From Eledone cirrhosa (taxonomy: Eukaryota), in contig OZ024743.1 of NCBI GenBank assembly GCA_964016885.1, positions 303,614,001 through 303,678,000 of the forward strand: DNA of 64,000 nt, read 5' to 3'. Made by a program: the position numbers and the translations under genes. Shown piece after piece: positions 39,739 through 51,825 of the stretch (the first letter of the stretch is position 1; each line of letters starts with the position of its first letter). The notes beneath the pieces were generated by a model, which saw only the letters and a list, made by a program, of their open reading frames with translations, did no database searches and was not told the origin of the DNA.

Positions 39739-40117
39739 TAAGAGGAATTCCAACTTTGTCTGATTTACTCGTTTTATTTACAATCCTTTAAAATATATAA
39801 TGGTATTATAATGAAATAGTATGATAGAATATTAAATTCTAAGTGTTAATTGAACAAGTTATTTCATGCTTTCGCAATCTTCAGGTTCATAATATGTGGT
39901 GACAGTCGAGTTTGCAATTTTCAACAGTTGAAAATTGCAAACTCGACTGTCACCACATATTATGAACCTGAAGATTGCGAATGCATGAAAGAACTTGTTC
40001 AATTAACACTTAGAATTTAATATTCTATCATACTATTTCATTATAATACCATTATATATTTTAAAGGATTGTAAATAAAACGAGTAAATCAGACAAAGTT
40101 AGAATTTCTCTTATTAA
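39735..40117. repeat. Near-perfect 383-bp palindrome (191-bp arms, 1-nt centre at 39926) between (TA)n tracts; probable PLE terminus fold-back
   Basis: Centre GCAATTTTCAAC-A-GTTGAAAATTGC; only a few mismatches over both arms. Confidence 0.95.
39963..40001 (+). ncRNA. Minimal hammerhead motif (mirror copy at 39851-39889 on minus)
   Basis: TGAAC-CTGAAGA-TTGCGAATGCAT-GAAA-GAAC-TT-GTTCA; 5-bp stem I, short stem II with a U-U closing mismatch. Confidence 0.68.
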
Positions 40118-40160
40118 TATAATCTTCTATACACAATCATACACACCCGTGTATATTTAC

Positions 40161-40430
<270 letters not shown>

Positions 40431-41150
40431 TAGATGTGTATGTATGTGTATGTGTGTACACATGGACTAGAGTATGTATGTATATATGTGTGTGTCTATA
40501 CGTGTGTATATAAAGATAAGTTGAGTATGAAAATGTATACACATGAGCGCGTATGTATGTACATGAATACATGTGTGTATATATATGTGTATGCATGTGT
40601 ATATATATGTAAGTATGAATATGTGAATTGTGAGTATATGTATTTTGTAGAGATGTGCAAATATATTTGTGTGTGAATGCGTGGGTGAAAGGATACGTAC
40701 ACTTGAAAGAAAAATTTAAGTCTGAATGTTAATTAAGTGCAAACACAAAACCAACCACGCATATCTTTACTATCTCTAATCCTTCTATAGATTTAGAAAA
40801 ATAACCAATAATATATTCTATAAAAAATGTCAAAACAACAGATGGGAATCTAATTACTCACTGCCACCAAGAATTCTCACTGCTATCGAAAAACCACTCC
40901 TTCAACTATTCTTCTAACAACTTCACCCCTCCCTCCTAATATTCTCTATAATAACTAAATAGGTCCTCAGTAATATTATTCTGATGAAATGACAGTAAAT
41001 AATAACATTGAAATATTGAATGTCTGCATAACTAAAAGTTTGTAGATAGCAGCTGTTTTAGGTTATGTAACTGTTATAGAAACACGTGTCAATAAATTCC
41101 TTTCAACTAAACTGTATCCATTCAAATCTTTCTATATATATATACGTATG

Positions 41151-41191
<41 letters not shown>

Positions 41192-41209
41192 GTATATATA
41201 TATATATAC

Positions 41210-41289
<80 letters not shown>

Positions 41290-41433
41290 CAGCATAGTTA
41301 GGTCCCTTTACGATCTGAGTTCAAATCCCGCCGTGGTTGACTTTGCCTTTCATCCTTACGGAGTCGATAAAATAAAGTACCAGTAATGCACTGGGTAATT
41401 GCTGGCCTTGTGCCTAAAGTAGAAACAATTATT
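41290..41433 (+). mobile_element. tRNA-derived SINE, copy 4, 5'-truncated
   Basis: B-box GAGTTCAAATCCC, conserved body and 3' GGCCTTGTGCCTAAAGTAGAAACAATTATT. Confidence 0.88.
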
Positions 41434-41448
41434 ATATATATATATATA

Positions 41449-42391
41449 CTAGCAGTAAAGCCCGGCGTTGCTCGGGGTCGCTCAGTAGCTGTGTTAAAGT
41501 TACAATGTTAAGTTTCTTTCTTGGCTTAAAAACTGTAGTGTCTACTGTGCAGACTTGCATGTGGTGTTTTTTATTAATATTCCCTCAACCAACAATATGC
41601 CTTATGAAGTTAAGAAAACATAACGATAACCCGAATGTTATAACAAAAGAGGATGCTGGGGATAGAAACTGCACTGGTTATTTATTAACAAAGATCGAAA
41701 ATGTAAACACTGCAACGCAGAGAAAAACATTAGCGTAACCAAATTATCAGTTATGTCTGTCTGCACGCCTATATCACCTCTCTGCACGACTGTCTGTCTG
41801 CACGCCTATATCACCTCTCTGCACGACTGTCTGTCTGCACGCCTATATCACCTCTCTGCACGACTGTCTGTCTGCACGCCTATATCACCTCTCTGCACGA
41901 CTATCTGTCTGCACGACTGTCTGTCTGCACGCCTAACGAAATTTACAGATACATATATTTTAAATAAACTTATATAAGTTTTGCTTTTTTTTACGAAATA
42001 TTTGCTTGTTTTACGTAGTCTTTAAATAGACTTGTTTTCAAGTAAAAATATTGTTTTAAAATGCTTTTAAATGGAAATGAAGCAAAACGGAAGCTTAGTG
42101 TTCGAACTGTCAGTTTAAACGCTGAGAATGCCAGCGTAATTTTTTACGTAAGACGCTCAATGTAAACAGAACAAAGGGAAATAACTGATAACTTACGCTC
42201 AAAAATCGATACATTATATTCGATTTCGTCACATGGGGCGGGTCAATTTGAAATTTTTTTTTTCCGATGTCTTCGCTAGGGCTCAATGTGCAAGTATAGC
42301 AATTTCGGTGCAATTCCGTGAGAGATTCTAAGAGGAGATGTGTGCCAAAATTCGATAGACAGACAGACAACCACAGTTTTATATATATAGA
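41449..42391 (-). mobile_element. Non-autonomous Helitron, complete
   Basis: Minus strand starts TCTATATATATAAAACTGTGGTTGTCTGTCTGTCT and ends CCCGAGCAACGCCGGG hairpin plus CTTTACTGCTAG; inserted between A and T with no TSD. Confidence 0.88.
41754..41934 (+). repeat. 37-bp minisatellite inside the Helitron (about 4 full units plus partials)
   Basis: Unit TGTCTGTCTGCACGCCTATATCACCTCTCTGCACGAC. Confidence 0.93.
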
Positions 42392-42515
42392 TAATAAATA
42401 TTGATGCAATTCAATTCAAGCACTCAACGTTCTTTTTCCACATAGGAGTGACGGAGTAAATATCGAATAAAGAAAAGCGAAGTAGTTTCAGATGTTCAAG
42501 TCTTTTAATAATAAT

Positions 42516-42589
42516 GCTGTGATATATATTTCAATGACGACAGTGGCCACACTGTTCTGTGTGCCAGTGTCGCGACATCTTCAGACAGC
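42516..42589 (-). ncRNA. Hammerhead ribozyme motif, type I, palindromic stem III
   Basis: Minus strand: GCTGT-CTGAAGA-TGTCGCGACACTGGCACAC..GTGTGGCCACTGTCGTCATT-GAAA-TATATA-TC-ACAGC; AUC triplet. Confidence 0.8.
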
Positions 42590-43335
42590 TTGTTACGTAA
42601 TAAGGTTATGTTTCCGAGGCAATCCAAACTGAATCGACATGGGAACGGACGAAGTGTGTGCTTTTGGGTTCTTCATCCGTTTCCCTGTGAGTACCAATTC
42701 GCCCCCACCGGTCTGCGCAGGCGCATGCCCGAAGGAAGTTGACCATCAGCTACCGCGCATTCCAACGAAATTCGCTTAGTCAGTTCCACCTCTCAGCCAA
42801 ACAATGACCCATTCGGACCTGTACCAGAGTTTACTGCTACCCATCCCGTCTGTTGCAGTCAGCCGAAAGCCAGAGGGGATGGGAGAGTGTTAGTATTTAC
42901 AGGTCCCAATACAACCTCTCACCAAGCATGGACAGTACAACTCACCATCAACCCCTAAGAGAAAATATACTTAATTCTAGCAATCATGGTTTTACATTGG
43001 AAGTTATGAGTGAGAGTTAGAAATAAAAATTAAAATTTAAAATCGAAAATCCTAAATCAAATATCAGAAATTATAAATAAAAAAATAAAAAAATAAAATA
43101 ATTAACAATTAGGAATAAAAAAAATGTTTCAAGTGAGAATGCAGGTGAGTAAAAAATCATATAGATTGAAGTGAGTAAATAATATGCAGAGAGATGTTTA
43201 ATTAAGAAGTTCTGAAAGGGGCACTAATGTCGCAGTTACACTATCCACATATAATCTAATGTCGCGACACTGGCACACAGAACAGTGTGGCCAGTGTCGT
43301 CATTGAAATATATATCACAGCATTATTATTAAAAG

Positions 43336-43520
43336 GGCAGTGGATTGGCAGAGTCGGTAGAGTGTCGGACAATATGCATCGCAGCATAGGTGTTTAACGA
43401 TCTGAGTTCAAATCCCGCCGAGGTTAGCTTTGCTTTTCATCCATACGGGGTCGATAAAATAAAGTACCAGTAATACACTGTTTTAATTGATGGCCTTGTG
43501 CCAAAAGTAGAAACAATTAT
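43336..43520 (+). mobile_element. tRNA-derived SINE, copy 5, full length with 14-bp TSD
   Basis: ATTATTATTAAAAG at 43322-43335 and 43516-43529; A-box-like TGGCAGAGTCGG, B-box GAGTTCAAATCCC. Confidence 0.92.
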
Positions 43521-43567
43521 TATTAAAAGATTTGAACATCTGAAACTACTTCGCTTTTCCTTATTCG

Positions 43568-43644
<77 letters not shown>

Positions 43645-43915
43645 GTTACATTTAATTTGTTGGGATACAACAAGCAAAATATTTTTTATAACTGATATAA
43701 GGCACTCAACAAATTATTGGAGTAAATATACAATATATTAACAAATGGAAACTATATTTATAAAACCATATTTATTTCATTATACATATTTCAAGGGCCA
43801 CCAAGGTAAACTTGGGTGCGTTTGATCAGATAAAATATAATATAGGTTAGTTTTATAAATAAATATTGACATACCCTGGAAAAATGCAACTATTCTGGCT
43901 GGAATCTCCTGGATA

Positions 43916-43964
<49 letters not shown>

Positions 43965-43971
<7 letters not shown>

Positions 43972-44370
43972 TAAATCATGTCTTATGAATCATCAGATAT
44001 TAAAATATATACTATTTCTTCTTGTAATCAGCATAATTAAACTTAGTAAAATTAAACTTAGAAGAAATGCGCACATACCGTAATTACGGTATGTGCGCAT
44101 TTCTTCTAAGTTTTATTTTACTACTAATTATGTGTGGTTGATGGTATATTTAGTCGGATCCTACATGCTGTCGAAATGTTGGATAAATAATGGAACGGGG
44201 CCGACGCGAAGAGGCTACGATCGATTATTTGTCGGAGATTTCCCCATAAGAGAATTTATTCTTATAACTTGCTAGGATGGATTTTGTATATGGTTAATTA
44301 TGCTGATTAGAAGAAGAAATAGTATATATTTTAATATCTGATGCTTCATAAGACATGATTTATGATATAA
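43965..44370. repeat. Nested inverted repeats: outer arms 43965-44040 and 44294-44370, inner palindrome centred near 44083
   Basis: ACTTAGAAGAAATGCGCACATACCGTAA/TTACGGTATGTGCGCATTTCTTCTAAGT is a perfect palindrome; outer ATCATAAATCATGTCTTATGAA mirrors TTCATAAGACATGATTTATGAT. Confidence 0.88.
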
Positions 44371-44468
44371 TGCTCTGATTTTTTGATTTTAATTTACTAA
44401 TTCTTCATAGAGCTTAAAAGTGAACAGTTGCAACATATATATATCTTTAACTTTATGTATATGATAAC

Positions 44469-44565
<97 letters not shown>

Positions 44566-44639
44566 GAAGCAATAAGTGTAAGTGAACAGGGTAAAATTAG
44601 ATTCGGTTATTGATTTTCATCTAAATAGACAAAAGGAAA

Positions 44640-44850
44640 AGTACGGCCCTTTCTGAACTGATCCGGAAGCTCAAGCTGGAAAAGACCCCGTACTCTTTGG
44701 CCTGGTCCAAGATCAGGGAGCTGCCACTTGACTGAGGGGATCTGGCATCTGCAGCCTCTGTTGGAGTGAGACTCTGGAGATACACAGTGGTGGGAGTAAT
44801 TTAATCAAAGGCGCCTCACCACTCAATCCCGGCTTGCAACCCAATTATCC
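44640..44850 (+). pseudogene. Penelope-like element ORF C-terminal fragment
   Basis: RKLKLEKTPYSLAWSKIRELP...GICSLCWSETLEI has the same pattern as the 26040 and 59630 fragments. Confidence 0.6.
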
Positions 44851-46056
44851 GAAAGATATACTACCTTAAACCTGACCCCTTTCCCACGCAAGAGTCAGCA
44901 CTAACTACTACACGTAAATAGGACACACCTATTACTTCTCTCCCTACCCCATGAGAGAATCTTTGAGTCTGTGTCCGTGTGTGCGTATCCGAAAATGTGC
45001 GTGTATGTAATTGTGTGTATGCGTACTAGTATGTGTACGGATGTTTGTGAATGTGTGGATGTGGATTTTTGAATGCTTGTTTTTATACGTGTGTACACGC
45101 AATGGTGTACGTCGACGGACGTTCGCAGGTGTGTACAAAATACGGATTGTGATTCTTTACACTTCTAGATTTTAACACGTATTTGTTTTAACACATGCAT
45201 TTTTTAACATCTCCCACTATATGACCTAGTGGTAGAGAGAAGCACTGAACTATATCAGTCTACATACATAAATTCTTCTTGACAACACAACAGGAGAGTG
45301 TAGTTGACCGGCTAACTGACCTGCTCACACCACTACCACTACCACTACAGTGAATTAGAACAACCGGACCAGAACATACATGCAGCTGAAAGCAATAAGA
45401 ACAGACTTCTGAAAGTATGGCGTCATGTAAGATTTCTTATCATAAATTGATTATGATTAAAATGGGATCTGTTAATTTCATCATATATCCAGTAAGTTTT
45501 GTGAAAGTGTTTAATTCAATCAGATGAACATAATTCGTGTGTTACGGGAGTGACTATGTAGGTACAATAAATTAAGTACTTCAAAGTTATTGGAAACCCA
45601 GATAATATTTATTAGAAATAGAGACTGCTTAATTCGTGTTTTCTCCAATGGTGACATATAAAAACAAAATGGATGAATATGCCATTAGATAAAATATCAT
45701 GCTATTTATTCATAGCATATTCAGTACACTTAAGCCCAAACTATGTAAACATGCATTTGTTTTTTTATATATTACCTTATACACAAGCAAATATATTTGG
45801 AGTCATCATGTGCGTCCATGTTCTTTTGTCTGTTTGTATATAAGTATAAGTATGTATTTGTGCTAGGGTGTCGTGTGCAATGAGATGCAGCATTCTATAA
45901 TTAAAATTACATGAAATTAATATGTACTAAGGAATATACTACAAAGGACATCAGAATAGGTATTACAAACATGTATTATTCGACGAACAGCGAGAAATGA
46001 GTATACTGTGTCGCATCGAAACATTAAACGTTTATATATATATATAGAGAGAGAGA

Positions 46057-47430
46057 ATTAGTACATCTACCAACATATGTGTACAGATGTACACTCATGC
46101 TAGCAAATATATGTTATGTCTTAGTACCTATGTGGTTCTATGCAGAACAATTATATGAATGACGTAAAATAAGAAAATTTTAAAAATTAAAAATCAACTT
46201 ACTAAAATGTTCAGTCCAATCAATTAGTTTCTGTACTGGGATAAATATAGTTACATAATATAACTATAGATAATTCATTACGTCATCAGGGAGTCTATTC
46301 GCAACTAAGTTCTCAGGCAATGAGCGGACACTAGGAACCCATATAAAAATAATAATTCAGTGGATGGAATGGAGCTAGCGAGGACTAAATTCCGGAGCAC
46401 TGAAAAAATTTCACTGCCCCTGGTCAGTGGCAGATTCTAAAGAATCAATCACGTGACACCGAGGTTAATCAGTTAGGAGAGGGATGGTATTATGACAAGA
46501 GCCTACTACTACCATGAAACAGCAGTAAATGTTGGCAAGTTTTGCTCAACAAATAATTTGGAGATAAATATAGATAATTAGTACATCTACCAACATATGT
46601 GTACAGATGTACACTCATGCTACAAATATATAAGTTATGTCTTAGTACCTATGTGGTTCTATGCAGGGGGATGCAGGACAATTATATGAAAGACGTAAAA
46701 TAAGAAAATTTTAAAAATTAAAAATCAACTTACTTACTAAAATTTTCCCTCCAACTAATTAGTTTCTGTAATGGGATAAATATAGTTACATAATATAACT
46801 ATAGAGAATTCATTACGTCATCGGGAGTCTATTCTCAGCTAAGTTCCCAGGCAATGCGCGGACACTAGGAACCCATATGAAAATAATAATTCAGTGGATG
46901 GAATGAAGCTAGCGGGAATAAATTTTGATCTCCATATTTGTGCTCCGGAATGAATTCTCTATAGTTATATTATGTAACTATATTTATCCCATTACAGAAA
47001 CTAATTAGTTGGAGTGAAAATTATAGTAAGTTGATTTTTAATTTTTAAAATTTGCTTATTTTACGTCTTTCATATAATTGTTCTGCATCCCCCTGCATAG
47101 AACCACATAGGTACTAAGACATAACTTATATATTTGCTAGCATGAGTGTACATCTGTACACATATGTTGGTAAATGTACTAATTCTCTATATTTATCTCC
47201 AAATTATTTGTTGAGCAAAACTTGCCAAAATTTACTGCTGTTTCAAGGTAGTAGTAGGCTCTTGTCATAATACCACCCCGCTCCTAACTGATTAACCTCA
47301 TGACGTAATGAATTCTCTATAGTTATATTATGTAACTATATTTATCCCATTACAGAAGCTAATTAGTTGGAGTGAACATTTTAGTAAGTTGATTTTTAAT
47401 TTTTAAAATTTTCTTATTTTACGTCTTTCG
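46057..47430. repeat. Cluster of direct (46057-46380, 46578-46915) and inverted (46949-47299, 47300-47430) copies of one HHR-bearing unit
   Basis: ATTAGTACATCTACCAACATATGTGTACAGATGTACACTCATGCTA repeats with a period of about 520 bp and appears reverse-complemented at about 47137-47183. Confidence 0.9.
46213..46294 (-). ncRNA. Hammerhead ribozyme motif with palindromic stem III (consensus from four copies)
   Basis: Minus strand ACTCC-CTGATGA-CGTAATG..CAGTACA-GAAA-CTAATTGA-TT-GGACT; the inverted copy gives CATTACA-GAAA-CTAATTAG-TT-GGAGT (46990-47015), which restores perfect ACTCC/GGAGT pairing. Confidence 0.75.
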
Positions 47431-47485
47431 TATATATATATTAAGAGATTAAAACAAAGAAGCCTTCAATACATCAAAAGTCTTT

Positions 47486-47530
47486 ATTAGCCGACAATAT
47501 TTCGTCCTATTAAGGACTCATCAGGGCAAT
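47486..47530 (-). ncRNA. Minimal hammerhead ribozyme motif
   Basis: Minus strand: ATTGCC-CTGATGA-GTCCT-TAAT-AGGAC-GAAA-TATTG-TC-GGCTAAT; canonical core, 5-bp stem II, GUC triplet. Confidence 0.88.
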
Positions 47531-47951
47531 CAAAACAACAAGAAGTAATATCGGCAGATACAAGCCGGAATCTCCGAAGAATATGGAGTGTACATAAACT
47601 GAAGTATTACAAAAATATATAATAAAAATATATGATAATAATTACTAAGGATGTATATAACATTAAGAACCATATTACAAATATAGTCCAAAGCAAAAAC
47701 TAGAGCTAAACAAAGGTGGTTATATAGAGCAGGAATATTATATAATACAATATAACATACAATAATATACCTTTACCAACATTAGAATAAAAAATTACAA
47801 TAAAAATCAAAAGATACAATATGCATATGTATATATGTGCGCACACGTACACACACACACACACATACAATAATACGCACATCCATCTTCCACTGCACAA
47901 ATTAAAACTTATTAAGAATTTGAATATAAAAATAAGCATGGTAGGAATGAA

Positions 47952-50900
47952 AATAATAATAATAATAATGATTTCATTTATTAGCCACAAGGGCCGACAT
48001 GTAGGGGACAATACAAAGACAGGGACAGTGGGGGTTTACAATAAGGTCGAGTAAAAGTGCACAATGGCAAGACTAATTTAACAATGAAAATATAAAATAT
48101 AAAATAAACTATGCAAAATATAACAAAATAAATTCCCCGATAGGGGGTGGACGACCCTGGGGTGATTCGGGTACCCCACCAATCCTGAACCACCCTGCGC
48201 TTCTAAGGCACCCAGGAGAGCACCCCTCTCCACAAGTTAGCTAGCCTATAGGCGCATGGTCAAAGTAGGCCCATTCACACGAGCCATTCTTGCCACATTC
48301 ACCCACCTTTTAACAAATGTACTGGGGGGCAGCACTTCTCTCTCCACCCTCACCCTCCTTTTCAGGTGAAACTTGAAGAAGTTGATGAGGGATTGGCCGA
48401 AGAGAAAAGTGTCTGTCTTTAGTCCTTTCAACCTGGTCCACCATATAATCTCTTTCGCAACTGCCACCAGACAGAGGAAAATGTCCTGCTCTTCCTGACC
48501 TAAGGAAGGTGGCGGCTCGATCTTCACTATGGACTCGGCCGATAACTGGATTCGTTCCACACGCGACAGTAGCTGTTCGACATAACTCCACAAGTAAGTA
48601 ATGCACGGACATTGGAAAAGTGCGTGCAGAACGGTTTCGTCGTTCTGTGCGCATCTTGGGCAGGTCCGTCTGACAGCACTTCCGTGCCTGTAGAGTTTAT
48701 CCCGAACCGGCAGTGCCCCCCGGTAGCACTGCCAAGCGAGGGATTTCTGGAAATTGTCCATCGTCCCCGGCTCAAAAGTCCTCCGGTACAGACTGGTCAG
48801 TTCGACTTCGTCGAGGCCCAAAGCTTCTCCGAGTGCGTCATCGCACTTGTCCACCACTAATCCTCTATAAAACTCGAGAGTGGAATTTCCACTGATCGCA
48901 TTGCCCGCTTGGTAGAGGGCAGTGAGTGCCTGGCAACATTCCAGGTGCCAGTCACCCAGTCTCGGTCCCTTCTTGACCCAGGACTGCAGCTCAGTCAAAG
49001 AAATGAGCTGCGGAAAGGCCCGTCTGATAAACGGCGACCACACCTGTTCACCATTGAGGCAGAATATCTGGAGATGTCGCAGCCTCAACGCATGTCTGCG
49101 CATCATTAGCCACGGCATGCCCAGCCCTCCGTGTAGAGGGTGCTGGCAGCAGATGGACCGCCTCACCAACGGAACTTGTCCCCTCCACAAGAATTTGAAG
49201 GGGAGCCGTTCCAACTTGACGAGGCGCGGACGGGGGCAAGGCATAACGGTTAGGCGGTAATAGATGACGGACGCGATGTACGCATTCGCCACCTCCGCGC
49301 GACCTTTCAGTGATAGCTTCCTCCCAGCCAATTTTTGGGTGAGACTGGCTACTCTGCTTGTTACCTCGTCCCAATTCTTTTCCACCTGGAGGTCTGGTCC
49401 GAACCAAACCCCGAGCAACTTTACTGATCCGTCCGTCCAGCGCCCCACGACGCTGTTGGACGGCATGGGCTTGCCTCTCCAGGTTCCGAGCTGCAAACCC
49501 ACCGACTTTTCCGGGTTAAGTTTGGCTGCTGTCAACCTTTCATATTCTTTCAATAAGGTGCCGACCACCTCGATTTCTGAGGTGTTCGACACCATCACGG
49601 TGATGTCGTCCGCATAAGCTGACACCGCACTTCCACGTCCTGGTTCGAGCGGGATGCCCTGCAACAGCTCCAGCTTCCGCAGTAAAGGCTCGAGAGTCAA
49701 TACGTACAGAAGGGAAGAGAGAGCGCACCCTTGACGGACCGATCGGGAGAGCCGAAATGGTTCCGAGAGGTGGCCATTAACTTTGACCACCGAGCGTGTG
49801 CCGCTGTGCATTGCAACGATCCAGCTTCTAAAGACAGAGCCGAAGCCAGCTCCTTTGAGGACAAACTCCAGATACCGATGATCGACCCTATCGAATGCTT
49901 TCGATTGATCTAAATTGATCAGTGCCCCACCGAAGCCAAGTTTACACCCTACCCTCTCTATGATGTATCGCATGAGGTGGATATTGTCGTGTATGGACCT
50001 GGCTGGGATTGCGCCTCCCCAACCAAATCCTCGACGACAAGCGCCAATCTCTTTGCTAACACCTTGGCCAAAATCTTAAAATCTGTGTTGAGCAGAGTTA
50101 TGGGCCTGAAGTTGTCTAAGGTATCCCTCTTGTTCTCGTCTTTCCTTATCAGCGTCACCACTCCCCTTCTCACAGAACTGGGAATACTCCCATTCTGCTG
50201 CCAGTTACAGTAGAGTGCTTCAAGGAGTTCGGAGAACAAGTCTGGCATATTTACGTAAAGCTCGTAGGGCAGGCCATCCAAGCCTGGTGACTTGCGCCTC
50301 ATGCAGCCGACAAGGGCGTCCTGAATTTCGGCTGAAGTAATCGGCCTTTCGCAGCGCTCAGCGTCGACCGTCGAGATGCGCGGCAAGCCGTCAAGGTAGG
50401 GACTGAAATCCGCTACTCTCCCTGACCCGCCACTCTCCCCGAACAACCGAGCAAAGTGCTGGCGAAAGGCCTCACACATGCGCTTGGAATCGCTTATCTC
50501 GTGTCCGTCTCGGTCCGCCAAAGACCGAATTGTGGTTTTATTACCACGCTGCGCCTCCGCCACGCGGGCCCATCGAACAGCTTTAGTTCCCTCGTTTCTC
50601 AGCGCACGCGCCTTAGCTCTGACCTGCAACCTTCGTGTTTGGCATTGAAGAAATGGTCTAATGCCATTCTCGCCGCTAGCACGTCAGTTGCGATGCCACT
50701 ACAAATAGCCTCGTCTAACTTATGTACCAGCTCCCCCTCCTTTCTATTTTTCTCTAACGCTAGTTCTTTGCTGAACTCTATCGAAGTTACTCTAATCTCT
50801 GTTTTGAGAGCCCCCCACGATCTGTTGTTGATGATCCCCCCTGTCAACTTTTGCTTAACTAACTTATTGACTCGGTCCCTGTAAGCCTTACGTGTCGGAA

Positions 50901-51825
50901 ATGACATGTTCAGATTCCAGTAACCCGGTCCTAACCTACGCGTTTTATTTAGGTCGACTGTACAGATCACAAATTTGTGATCTGAATAGGCGACCGTTTT
51001 AAAAAGTGGACAGCCCACACTATTTCTATCTATTTTCCTAATGAAGATTCTGTCTATATACGATCTAGATGACCCCATTCGGTTGGTTCATGTCCATACT
51101 GGCACATTGGGGAAATCTAGTCGATACCTGTCAGACAGTTGGAACTGGCTGAGTAGGTGCTTGAGGCTTTTGCACCCCCCGCTCCTATCGGCTACTCTCA
51201 CACAATCCCAGCGTGCGGCTAAGATGCCATTCCAGTCCCCCGCTAACAGTAAAGGGCGAGACGTACCCAGAAAGGTCTCCAGGCACCTAAAGAAGTCAGG
51301 TCGTCCGGCCCCTGTAGGGGCGTAGGCTGCCAGCAGTCTAAAGGCACCACCTTCGCTACTGCTCACATCCAAGACCACCAACTTACCGTCCGGGTCCCGG
51401 AAGATCGACCTTACCTCGAGATCCAGTCCTTTCCTAAACAGCACTGCCACCCCACCCCCCATTCCCGGCCTGCTAACAGATGCGAAGATCTGATAGTCGT
51501 CGAAAATGGGGGGTAGTGCACGCGTGTCGGAAATTCTGGTCTCGCTTACGGCAATCACATCCATTTCCAGCGACCGGAGGTCGTTGAGCAGGCGACCCTG
51601 CCTCCAGGGTGACCCCAGGCCGCAAACATTTAAACTTCCTACTCTTAATATGGCCATATTGGTAAGCTAAGAGAGAGAGAGGGAAGGTTTACTTACCTCC
51701 CGGCTCTTGTGAAGGTCGGGTGGTTCGACCTCCATGGTTGGTGGGGTTTCTTTTGGGAACCCCTTTAAAAGTCTTGATGTGGGTTTCACATTCGGGTTTC
51801 CCACGTCTTGAGGAAAGCCCTCTCG
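47952..51825 (-). mobile_element. L1/Tx1-clade LINE copy 3, truncated in ORF1, ORF2 51657-48246 broken by a few frameshifts, (ATT)n tail
   Basis: MAILRVGSLNVCGL, VSET, GDWN, YIDR, SDH endonuclease; KSPGLDG, DQSKAFDRVDH, SVRQGC, YADD RT; CPRC..ETVLHALFQC; AATAAA then (ATT)n; ORF1 tail FPQDVGNPNVKP matches copies 1 and 2. Confidence 0.95.

Larger units (their letters stand above)
42461..43569 (-). mobile_element. Probable PLE remnant with inverted terminal copies (42461-42578 versus 43259-43569, the latter split by a SINE)
   Basis: ATCGAATAA.GAAAAGCGAAGTAGTTTCAGATGTTCAA..GTGTCGCGACAT is mirrored at 43259-43335 plus 43530-43569. Confidence 0.8.

Noticed and set aside
40971-41030. CTGATGA-AATG..CATT-GAAA motif
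   Set aside because: Stem I and the cleavage triplet cannot both be satisfied.
41754-41934. 37-bp repeats of CRISPR-like length
   Set aside because: Units are contiguous with no unique spacers, lie inside a Helitron in eukaryotic DNA, and no cas genes are present.
43772-43838. Minus-strand relative of the 26773 hammerhead
   Set aside because: Core reads CTGATCA and the base of stem II is unpaired; a decayed relative only.
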